A stretch of DNA of 48,916 nucleotides from Girardia tigrina. Taxonomy: Eukaryota. The stretch lies in assembly GCA_001938485.1 (NCBI GenBank), contig MQRK01179932.1:1-48916 (forward strand). The letters are read 5' to 3'. The position numbers and the translations under genes are program-made. A model generated the notes under the pieces. It searched no databases and was not told the DNA's origin. It worked only from the letters and a program-made list of their open reading frames with translations. Shown in pieces: positions 38,491 through 48,916 of the stretch. Position 1 is the first letter of the stretch; every line of letters begins with the position of its first letter.

Positions 38491-38679
38491 ATAATTGTCT
38501 TCCTCGGTTACCATTATAAAACAAAATGTTGTCTGTAGATATATCAATCACATTTTCTATGTTTCTTCTGATTTTTACTACAGTTTGGAAATTAATGTGG
38601 TTTGATCGAATTATCTTTGTTCTATTTACGATTCCTTATTATATAACCTATTTTTGTTATTTTTTTCTTTTCATTTCTA

Positions 38680-40060
38680 ATTAGGAGTTCTGTTTTTTCT
38701 ATTTCGACAAAGAGAACATAAAGTTTCATGGGGTTTTAATTGTCTTTTGTAAAATATTACCCTTGAGACAAATTGCCTTGACTCGCCATTATAAAATGAT
38801 GATAGTCGGTGTTATCTTGGAAGAAATGTCGTTATTTTTTCGAATTATTTTTCTTTAGAGACGATTTTCATCAAATCAATTTTCTAAAATATCCCGGAAA
38901 AGATTAAGAATTCAGGACGGTTTTTGATGATCTGTATAATTAGAACATTCTCGTTTTCAAGGGTCTACTGTGTAACTCGAGCCTTTTCTAACTGTCCTAA
39001 GAGAAATCATGAGTTTTATTTAATTTATTTTTGCTTTTATTTTTTTTAATGTATTTTGTTGGTGATGTTCTATTTGACAAAAGAAAAGATTTTTCCGATT
39101 GCTACTTCCATACAGTTTTGAAACTTATTCCTTTGCTTTCATATTAAATTGACTTTGACCAGATCTTTGAACAACATTATGTGTTGTTTCTGGTTCTCCA
39201 AGATTGTTTTAACTGACAGAACATTTCGGTATTAAATTAATCAAAAATATATATAAAATATTTTGAGACTAAAAACAACTTTCTGATTCTTGAGAAAGGC
39301 AGCTGCAATAAATTTTTGTTGTGACGATCAACATAAATTTGTACAGTTTTCTTTACCAGACAGTCAATCTTTCTATACTTGGAAACTGATTATAATAGAA
39401 GTTCACCAACCAATTGTAGGTGATGGGAAATATATTTGGGAAATAATGAACTTCTAAAGGGGAGACCCCAAAAAACTCGCTAGTTTAAGTAACAGTAAAA
39501 ACATATTGGATTAGAAACTAAGTAATTGCCTATTTATCCAATGAAATAAAATAGTTTTTACTAGCAATGAACTTTAAGCTATGATGTATTATCGATTTTG
39601 TTCGATGACCTTTTGATCATTTGAAAATTCCACACTCGTAGAAAGTATGATACATTTCGGCCGAAAACTGAGTTAACACTAGAACTCATCGAATGATATT
39701 ATACTCATACATACATACATACATACACAGGTCATCCTCAAAAGTTTGTACATCTGCGGTGTATTTGACTGTGGATGCAAAATCATGGGTTCACACAGAC
39801 TAAAATCGAAGACCTTGTTTTGTTGAAGCATTTGTGAACACTGAATGCAGTTCACGATGCTTCTTCTTGTATTTCTTTTGCTTTTTTCTTCGGAAGTTGT
39901 TTGGGTTTTTGCTGTTGAACACTGAAGCACAATTGTTTCCCGATTCGAAGAATGAATTTTTTCAGGTAGTAGTGGCATCTGGAACTACATCATTGTAAAT
40001 TATCTAAGTGTTGAGCGCTACCTTGTCGAACAGATCGAAAAAATATCACATTATCCACCT
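38680..40060 (-). mobile_element. Decayed Penelope-like element, convergent with the host gene end
   Basis: Minus-strand motifs in order: DK..LD (~40000-40030), IVLQCST (~39915-39935), GSPL..QIY (~39430-39470), YVD (~39325-39335) and FYNGESRQF (~38770-38797, GIY-YIG-like). A (TACA)n run lies at ~39707-39727. Confidence 0.5.
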
Positions 40061-40131
40061 GTATGATGCAGCCTTGAAGCTATATAATCTCAGCATGAAA
40101 TCCAAGCAGTCAACACCCACTTTGTGTTTGT

Positions 40132-40860
40132 TTTACTGGCGGAAAATTTAATGATTTTTGCAGGAAATATGGAATCGAACAAAGATTTAGTAGCCAATTT
40201 CAACATCAATCAAACGGGTTGACAGAAAGAACTATTCGAACAGTGAGATACATGATACTAACAAGCAGAGGAGACCCAGACAAACGATCATGGTGGAAAA
40301 TTGTTCTGAAGATAGAATTCTGTCTAAATGCAACAGTTCAGAATACGACCGGATATTCGCCCTTCGAAGTTGTGTTTGGTAGAAAAATAAACTTACATTC
40401 GGCAGCAGGAATAGCTAAAACGGAAGAGAGCAACGTGATCAAGATGAAGGTAAATGATGGAAAATTTGGAGAGAGAGAAGAGAACAAATTGACATTTCGA
40501 GGATGGTCAGAAAGTTTTGTAAAACAAGATCCTACAAAACTGAGAAAGGTCACTTTCCCATTCGATGGACCGTACCAAATTTTAAGACATATATCGCCAC
40601 ACCAATTGGAACTACAGAATTTGAAAGATGGAAACATAATTCGTCGAAGAATTGAGTGGATTAAGAAAATAAATAACGAATTATAAAAGAGGGGAAAGTT
40701 GTGATTATTATTTGTTTAAGTATTCTAAAAAGATTGTAAATAATTAATAAATTCTACTTGTTGTTATTATGAATCTTAAGTGAAACCTGGAGATTTAACT
40801 AAGAAGAAAGGGATTGTTTGTGATTTTGAGATACGGATAGTTTCAAAAATGTATTCAAAA
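40132..40860 (+). mobile_element. Ty3/gypsy integrase 3' half with PPT and start of the 3' LTR
   Basis: FTGGKFNDFCRKYGIEQRFSSQFQHQSNGLTERTIRT...TTGYSPFEVVFGR...FDGPYQI. The polypurine tract aaaagaggggaaag (40685-40698) is followed by TGT at 40700. The LTR end is not determined. Confidence 0.85.
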
Positions 40861-40899
40861 AATATTTTTGTAAAAACATACTGTAAAATGACATACTCT

Positions 40900-41280
40900 C
40901 ACCTTAATCTAGACCATTCTTTAAACTAGACAGACCCTGTCTTCGCTATATAAACAAATTAAAGATCTTGGAACCCCATAACAAATTTCCTTAAATAAAG
41001 TTAGTCTGTAAGTAAGGTAAAAAGTAATATTAAAGGAAAGATTTAAATTACTGTTCTCAAAATTCGAAAGAAGACTACTTTGAATCTTGGTATCAAACAC
41101 ATTTGAATGTTTAATCAAAATCTCCATTCTACAAATCAGTAATAAATTATAAATTTTGGAATGAAACACGACTCTAACAGGAATATCAAGAATCATTTTA
41201 CAATACGATTTGAACCTTGAAACGGTTGTTTACAACACCAGTAGCGGATTTATCTACGTCTTACGTTTGGTAAATGTCTC
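40900..41280 (-). mobile_element. Possible Penelope-like linker/GIY-YIG remnant
   Basis: ORF 40921-41196 has PVRVVFHSKI and CLYSEDRVCL, a weak resemblance only. Confidence 0.3.
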
Positions 41281-42229
41281 CAAATAATATTAATAAATTT
41301 CATCACATTCTAATAAAATTTTTCTATTTTTTTTATTATGTCTGAATAAAAATTTATTTGATTTTAATTAATGTTCTGTATAAAATTATATTAGTTTGAT
41401 AATTAAGTTCTGGCGTTTTTTTGATTAATCGAAAAACTTAAAACTTAATAATTAGAATTGTATATATACAAATGATTGTCTGTTCGTTTGTTCGATTGAA
41501 GACAGTATGACTAAATGCAACCAAACTTTTCACAAATCTTCTTCATGCACAGGAACAAGTCTATGCCAAATTTTCTTCGAAGAAAATAAGGTACCAACGC
41601 AAAGATTTCAAGTTTTCCATTCGACCTATCATATTGCAGTATTTTAAAACCGTGGAAAAAGTACTGTTTTATAATTTTAGATACAACTAGTGCCTTTTCA
41701 ACTTACTGACTAGTGGGGCTAGTTCCCTTCTCCAGTCTAAGGCAAAAGTTTGAGCCTGGTAAGCAATTTTGAAATAATGTATCTTTAAAACTTTTATATG
41801 TTACTTTTGAAATTAAACATTTGAATAAACTAATATTGTATACTCATCTTTTGTAGCTTGTTTTTCCCTTTCTCGTTGGTCTAACTTTGTTAAGTGGGCC
41901 TCTGTGTGACAAAAACGTAACATTTGAATTTTTATTATAAAAAAATTATGAATAAACGAACGGTTTATCTTGATAGTGCTATGATAAACACCATGTAATT
42001 AAAACGCTCTTAAATGTTTTAAAAGGAAAGCATATGCCAATTCAACAACATAATAATAAAATTATAATAAAAATCCCTACATAAAATCAATATAAAAGTA
42101 TTATTTATTAAATTTATATTATAACAAAACAGGGAGTAACGGAAGGTAAAAACGAAGGTGAATTTAATGAATCACAATATAACACGAAAAGAGTCGAGAA
42201 GAAGTATATACAATGAAAATGTTACTTTA

Positions 42230-42640
42230 GGAAGTTGTAAACCAGTCTAAATAACAGCTCAGTTTTGATAGACGAGAGATTCGGCAACTTTAGATTCTCT
42301 ATCGGATAGAACAAATTTAGTTCGAACTTTCGATTATCAAATTGAATAGGATAGCTCACTTGTCGTCTCTTCAATATTTGTTTACGCTTGAAAGCCCGAC
42401 AAATGGTTATTCAGTTTTGGAGGTATAATTTGACGAAATAAATGTAGGTAAATTTATGGGAAATCTTTTGAACGGTTATTTCGATATTTATAGTTGATGT
42501 CCTGGATAGAAAGTTGAAATCCTGTAAACAGTTGACTGGAAATTTATTTGTATTTTTCGTATCGATAGAATCAAGTAATCTTCTTTATCGTAACTTTTTA
42601 AGTTGATTGTTCTTCAGGATTTGTCGGTAGATAAGTCGTT
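42230..42640 (-). mobile_element. Decayed Penelope-like 3' fragment
   Basis: Minus-strand FQSTVYRISTF (~42510-42543, thumb motif), EETTSEL (~42354-42375) and RESKVAESL (~42275-42302). Confidence 0.5.
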
Positions 42641-43005
42641 AATATGATCTGTTGTTGCTTGAATAAGTACAAAGAAAATAAATGCTTGTAGAATTGGGGT
42701 TGGCTTTGATATTGTTATTTTAAGGATTTGAGATTATGTCTTGAGCTCCAAATCACAGGAAGTCAAGATTAGTATTCTTAAAATAATTCTTAATATTGAT
42801 TTTTAATTTGAATTTCCATTAGTAATATTAATTTGTTAATGGAATTTTTTTAATTTTAAATTTTATTTCGCGTGTCCTTAAAATAAACAAGAATAGATGA
42901 AATGAACGTGAAAAAAAATAAAAAGTAGAAATGAAGTGACGACAAAATTTAATTAGATTACGGGCACTACATTATTTAAAAAAAAACAAAAAACTAAAAT
43001 CATTA

Positions 43006-43334
43006 CCGGGATTTTCTGAAAATAAGCGCATTCAAAAATAGGCACATGCTCCTATTTTTGGGGACAAAAACCTGATTTTTTGCTTCCATTTGAATTGATC
43101 AAAAAATTATTGTAGTGGTTTCAACCTCTATGAAAACCACAACAATTATTTTTTAATTAATTCAACTATTACGAATTTTTAGCTGTTTTTAGCACTTTTA
43201 CACTTGCTGCACGTGAGGTAAAAATGGCAGTTTCCTAAAATAAGCACTTGCGCCTATTTTTGGGAACAAAGTGGAACACATAAAAACATAAAAACTAAAT
43301 ACAAGCTCATGCGCTTATTTACGGAAAATCCCGG
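43006..43334. mobile_element. Tc1/mariner-pogo type MITE, 329 bp
   Basis: TA|CCGGGATTTTCTGAAAATAAGCGCAT...ATGCGCTTATTTACGGAAAATCCCGG|TA: ~26-bp TIRs and a TA TSD. It has an internal hairpin (~43090-43165) and subterminal repeats. Confidence 0.85.
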
Positions 43335-44145
43335 TAACTATTAAAAAATTAAAAAAAACTGTGCATAAAAAATTGTATATAAAGATTTTATTTAAACAGA
43401 GTAAATGAACAGAGTAAATTGAACAAAGACTGTAAACCAAACTTGTTGTTCTTCAATAAAAAAATCTTAAAACACTCGATTTCTTTTTTTTGATTTAGAT
43501 AAATTTCATCCATCTTTTCATTACCGAAGCAAAGCAGTCGACTTTTGATCAAAAAAAATCGACTATCATGTCGGTTACAATTACGCCCGAAACGGATCAG
43601 GTTAAACGCTTACGCCTATTACTTGATTCACTCCACCAGTCATGTGTTGGCATCAATACATACTTTTTATAAAACAAGTCAGATAAATTTGTAAGACAAT
43701 GACATTCCACTATACATTTGTCATAACAATAAATAATTTTTCAGTAACTATAATTAACATTTTTGATCCATCTAAGTGTGCACTATGGAGTGCATCTCTT
43801 GAACTATCCCTTTAGTTGTTTTTAATTTTCTTGTGTTGAAGCAGTGACATTTTAACTTTAGATTCTTTTGTATACTAATACTTTATTTGTAGTTTTGATT
43901 AGCAAACATCAAAAATTTTAATATTTAAATATTAAACATCGAAAACCGCATACATTTTACATAAGATAAAAAATTATATTTAGATAGACATCAAGAAATC
44001 CACTCAACAAAACATAAAGAAGAGGGTAATGGAAAATAAGCAAGTCACGGTATTGCAAAATCATCTTTTATTGTTCTTATTTTCATTAGTAATATATTTA
44101 AACTGAAATATGTCCCATTGACGTTTGGTTTAGACGTCGGTCTAC

Positions 44146-44753
44146 ATAGTGGTTGGACAAAGATGAAGTACCGAAACACTTTCCAAAACCGAAACTAACA
44201 CCCCGTAAGGTTATGGTGACAGTTTGGTGGTGTGATGCTGGAATCATCCACTATAGTTTCTTGANNNNAGGTGAAACAATCACAGCGGAGAGGTACTGTC
44301 ATGAAATTGATGAAATGCATAAGAAATTGAAAACCCTTTGTCCGGGATTGGTCAATCGAAAAAGTCACATCCTTCTTCATGATAACGCCAGACCTCATAT
44401 TTCAAAAGTGACTCTTCAAAAGCTTAATGAGTTGGGCTATGAAACCCTGCCTTATCCACCATATTCACCAGACCTCTCGCCAACGGACTTCTACTTTTTC
44501 AGGCATTTGTACAACTTCCTATGTGAAAAAATTTTCAAAAACCAAAATGATGCTCAAAATGCCTTCCAGGAATTCGTCGTTTCGAGAACCGATGCATTTT
44601 ATGCTGATGGAATAAAACAACTTGCTTCTCGTTGGCAAAAAAATGTATTGATGCCAACGGTTCATACTTTGATTAATAAACTTTTGTTTCTGTGAATTTG
44701 CATGTCTTTGAAGTTTGTGTCCCAAAACCGCCATTATTTTTCGACCAACCTAA
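44146..44753 (+). mobile_element. mariner transposase 3' half with right TIR (cecropia/Hsmar1-like), 5'-truncated
   Basis: KVMVTVWW...LLHDNARPH...PPYSPDLSPTDFYFF. A +1 frameshift in the A run at ~44637-44643 precedes CIDANGSYFD*. The TIR is aaaaccgccattatttttcgaccaacctaa|TA. Confidence 0.95.
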
Positions 44754-45756
44754 TATTTATATATTATAATAATAAAATCCCATATAATTTATTCATCTGT
44801 TCCTTTTTATGTCTGATAAAGTTTGGAATTTAATGGTAAGTTGGCAGGCGTTGGAGATATAACTGAAGTACATCCACCTGATAAGGCGGTAATTAATTGA
44901 ATATTTAATGAAGACACTTTTTAGGATTTTGTGAAAAAGGCGAATTCTTTTTTCAATTAACTTATTAGACAGGTACAATTGTACATATTAAAAAGAAAGT
45001 TTAGAAAAATTAACAAAAGCATTTCGTGTATCCTTTAAATTTGATGGTTAAAAACAGCAAAACAAATAATTATTTTTCTATATTTCACCAACTATGTGTT
45101 ACCAACTGAAAATGTGACAAACTAAATTGAATTATGAGGATTGAATATATCAAAGTAGGTTCAAATGAAATCAATTGAAGATTTTATGAATAAAATAAAT
45201 GTTGGGTTTTTATTTTTTATATTTATTAACCGAATATATCATTTGAGATGGATCTCCGCTGAGTATTTGTAACTGACACTAATCAGGGATCCAAATCGAT
45301 CCCAACTAAAGTCATCTGGCTCTACTATTCGTCTGTGTAGAAACATTTCTACTTATGAAAACAATTAATAATTAAATTATTAATTTTGTTTAAATATTCA
45401 CTGATAGTTAACAGTGTTCGTTGTTACAGTAAATCCCAATTTAAACAAATTCATGTTCTGACTGTTAACTAATTCTTTTTCTTTCTGTCAACTTTTCGCT
45501 TACATTTCAGCGCTCCACTTAGATAAACACGCTTGTCTGACATTTTTATTTCCGATTGATCGATTATCGATAATTTTTTTAAGTAAAGTTTTGTAATATT
45601 AATGTGATTTATCTATTTAATTAATATTTTCTCTTACTAATAAGAACTAGTGATGATGTCATGACGTGACGTATTTATTTTTTAAATAAAAAATCACATA
45701 CTACTGAGTCAGAAAAAATCGGAAATACGAGTTTTTTTTATTTTTTTACATTTTTG

Positions 45757-45835
45757 GGACTGGGTCCAGGGGGCGCCATAATATCTCGGCGCCCTGTGCC
45801 AAGGCACAGTTGACGCAATGGATAATCCAGCCCTA
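45757..45835. mobile_element. Single end of a probable hAT-type non-autonomous element
   Basis: GC-rich ggcgccctgtgccaaggcacagttgacgcaatggataatccagcccta resembles the reverse complement of CAGGGCCGGATTA-type termini. No partner end was found. Confidence 0.4.
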
Positions 45836-46107
45836 GCACTCTCAACTAATTTGTTAAAAGTTTTCGATTATACTTACATAAGTAATTACACAATCATTAA
45901 TTTTTATATAAAAGCAATAATAAAGAACATAATCAGTGATCTTATGATCACGGTTAAACCGTTTTACCGAATTCAAGAGATGAAAACTAATTACAGCCTA
46001 AAAAATGTTTAAAATATAATTTATAAAACAAAAGATACACCATTTCAAGATATTTTTTTGATATTATCTTTCGATGGTTTCATTTATAAATAAACTGATT
46101 TTTAGCT

Positions 46108-46185
46108 TATATATATATATATATATATATATATANNNNNNNNNNNNNNNNNNNNNNNNNNNNNNNNNNNNNNNNNNNNNNNNNN

Positions 46186-46233
<48 letters not shown>
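46108..46233. repeat. (AT)n microsatellite spanning an N gap
   Basis: Direct observation. Confidence 0.95.
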
Positions 46234-46240
<7 letters not shown>

Positions 46241-46762
46241 GATGATTATGTAATCTATTTCTTGTCGGAAACTCTTAACAAACTAGAAGACACTCGTCAT
46301 ATATGATGGGTGAACTGAATTTTCGTCTTTGAAAGTTTTTACTTTAATTTTTAAATCGTAATTATTATAATTTATTGTATAATGTTTCGAATTCTGTATT
46401 GATTTAACAGTCAGTCAATTAAGTTGGCTCCCGGAGCCTTTCGGCGAAGGCGCCGTACAGACAGAACCGTCGTGATGCGGGCTATGCAGATTGACCTCAA
46501 CTTTACGGGATTCACTCCCTGTTCCTCCACTATTTCGCATTAATAAGGGTCACTAGACCTTATTAACAAAGCTTCACACGGCTCTTTCCCAAAAATTTTT
46601 AAAATGCCTGGAATGAATTTTAAAAGCATTTATACTCAAATCACATTTCCAAGTTTTCCTATGCTCAACAATATTACTCTTACCCCTCTATAAGTGTATT
46701 CTTGGAGTCCTTTACAGAGATGACGGTCAGTCTCTCCAATGTAATCAAAAAGCTAACGATCA

Positions 46763-46804
46763 GTGATCGGAAGATGACGTAAAACCGTCAAAACATATTA
46801 TCAC
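46763..46804 (+). ncRNA. Decayed minimal hammerhead ribozyme motif
   Basis: GTGAT CGGAAGA T GACG taaaac CGTC AAA ACATAT T ATCAC. Stems I and II are perfect, but the core carries U4G and G12A changes and the palindrome is mutated. Confidence 0.5.
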
Positions 46805-47233
46805 AAAAAATATATTTTGAAAGGGCGTATCTTTTATTTTATAAAAAAATTGCCATTGATTTTTCAAATTTATTCATAAAGTATAATTTGTTTCTTTTAT
46901 CCTAGAAAACAACTTTTTAGAAAATAAAAATTATCTAAATAGGACTCAATGTGTATTTAATGTGAGATGAGATGCTGATTTGCCAACTCAGCATGGTGGA
47001 CAAAGACAGTCAATCAAGTGTGGGAAGCAGAGCTAAAGGAGATTGACGGATCTATGTTAATTCAATAATAAATAAAATTGATTTTTATTTATTTTTAAAA
47101 TTATTTAAAATCTCTTATTTCATACCAAAAATCACTGTTTTATGAAAATAGTTCAGTTTCAAATCAAAACTATTTAAATTAAAAATAAAATAAATAAAGA
47201 TTTGAAATTTGAATTTTAAATCCAATTTTAGGT

Positions 47234-47235
<2 letters not shown>

Positions 47236-47286
<51 letters not shown>

Positions 47287-47349
47287 NNNNNNNNNNNNNN
47301 NNNNNNNNNNNNNNNNNNNNNNNNNNNNNNNNNNNNATATATATATATA
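47236..47349. repeat. (AT)n microsatellite spanning an N gap
   Basis: Direct observation. Confidence 0.95.
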
Positions 47350-47409
47350 TTACTGAGTCTTGTGAACGCAAGTTTAGTATTTCGAAAATATAATTTGATT
47401 AAAGCTTTG

Positions 47410-48578
47410 AATCCAACCCTTCTTTAAACTGCTAGACCAACCCGAGCCCACGGTAACTCTGGGTGTAGGCACACAACACCGCCGCCAACCGATCACCGTA
47501 TCGCTTATAGACCCGAGCTCCCCAGAAGTTTTCTTTATCGAAGCCACCACCTTCACCACCAAACACCCGAAAATAAACTTTCTCGTAGACTCTGGTTCTG
47601 CAGTATCACTCCTACCACTCTCTTTCCGACCAGATCAGAATTCTCACAATCTTGACGTCCCCAGAGCAGCAAATGGATCCCTGATTCGAACAGCAGGATC
47701 CACAATACTGTATTTTACTCTGCCATCTTTCGAGCAATCTTTTACTTGGACATTTATAATGACAGAAGTCGAATTCCCAATTTTAGGAGCCGATTTTTTC
47801 ACGCATTTCGGCATCCTCATTGACTGCCAAAACAAACAATTACAGAACACCACACCAAAAAACAAAACTCACAAGCACACAGCACCTATACTAAAAACGA
47901 CAATAGTACAGAATTTGGCAAACAACCGTTATTCTAACTTAATAACAAATACATCAAAACATATACATTTTGCCGATGAATTTAACAAACAAGTAAACCA
48001 ACCTAAACATGAAATTACAACAAATAGAAACACAAAAACATGCAAACAAGCACAACACACAACTAACAGCCAACCACAACAAACACTTCCCAACACTACC
48101 GACCACGAAAACATAAAACCATACACGGCAGCACTACCACTAGAACTTATCGACTGCATTAACACTACCTGCAAGAACACAATCACGAAATCAAAGACAG
48201 TCATTTCCAAGTATAACTCGCAACACAACATAATCACCACATGTCACCCTATCAAACAAAAACTACGACCGATACCGCCAGACATACATATTATAGACTG
48301 CTCAACTCTGCCATAGTTCCGATAGCTACCCACTCCCACTAATAACCGATATCTTTCACCGAATTACCGCGTCAACCATTTTTTCAACGATCGACCTTCA
48401 CAAAGCGTACCATCAAGTACCAGTAAACCCGACAGATATCTCTAAAACAGTCTTCACGACACCTTTTGGCCTTTTTGAATACATCCGGATGCCTTTTGGC
48501 CTGCACAACTTCGCACAAACCTTTCAGCGGTACATAGACGAAATTCTCACCGACTTCACTTTCGCGCACCCTTATATC
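47410..48578 (+). mobile_element. Ty3/gypsy pol fragment (aspartic protease + N-terminal RT), truncated
   Basis: Open frame 47423-48316 with FLVDSGSAVSLLP...RAANGS...PILGADFF. It is followed by FSTIDLHKAYHQVPV...KTVFTTPFGLFEYIRMPFGLHNFAQTFQRYIDEIL...PYI, cut just before the YxDD aspartates. Confidence 0.93.
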
Positions 48579-48649
48579 AGCAGTAGTAAATTAGTGCGTT
48601 TACCCCAAGATGCCAGGGGTCTGTGGTATAATTTAATAAATTAAATAAA

Positions 48650-48916
48650 TATCAATATTTTTATCAATATTTTATCAATTTTTATCAATATTTTATCAAT
48701 TTTTTTAATATTTTTCAATATTTTTTTTATTAATAATTTTAATATTATTTTTTATTAATATTTTTTATCAATATATTTTATTAATATTTTATCAATTTTT
48801 CATTATATTTTATCAATTTTTATCAATATTTTATCAATTTTTTTTAATATTTTTCAATATTTTTTTTATTAATAATTTTAATATAATTTTTTATTAATAT
48901 TTTTTATCAATATTTT
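48650..48916. repeat. AT-rich minisatellite (ttttatcaata-like units with a longer ~135-140 bp repeat)
   Basis: The block starting ~48667 recurs at ~48805 and runs off the window end. Confidence 0.85.

Noticed and set aside
38297-38551. Antisense ORFs over real coding segments (also 40338-40637, 44195-44734, 47374-48569)
   Set aside because: They are shadow ORFs of the exon or of TE coding strands.
1-48916. CRISPR arrays, rRNA, tRNA or prokaryotic operons
   Set aside because: No regularly spaced repeat-spacer array, cloverleaf, rRNA motif or dense gene packing. The sequence looks eukaryotic.

Overview
AT-rich (roughly 75-80% AT by eye), gappy eukaryotic draft-assembly window with (AT)n tracts at most N gaps. 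The repeat mix would fit a flatworm such as a planarian, but that is inference only. Host coding sequence is sparse. Three small candidate exons (2452-3022), an exon at 4041-4316/4330 and a terminal exon at 37910-38490 can be joined in frame into one + strand gene across a ~33.6 kb intron. The product would have a disordered tail ending in a PDZ-type motif (-SQV). The rest is mostly decayed transposons, dominated by about a dozen Penelope-like element (PLE) fragments with RT and GIY-YIG motifs. At least five near-intact minimal type-I hammerhead ribozyme (HHR) motifs with a palindromic stem III, plus several decayed ones, are associated with them. The most striking structure is a ~530 bp foldback (30756-31288): two inverted HHR-bearing arms enclose a stop-free 27-codon GIY-YIG core. 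Also present are a Chapaev3-like remnant, an IS630/Tc1-type element, a mariner 3' half, and hAT, piggyBac, Tc1/pogo and MULE-like MITEs. There are three Ty3/gypsy fragments, one with a TTTAAAC -1 frameshift site. Two gap-flanking duplications look like uncollapsed haplotypes. All family calls come from manual translation and motif recognition, not database searches, and boundaries of decayed elements are approximate.
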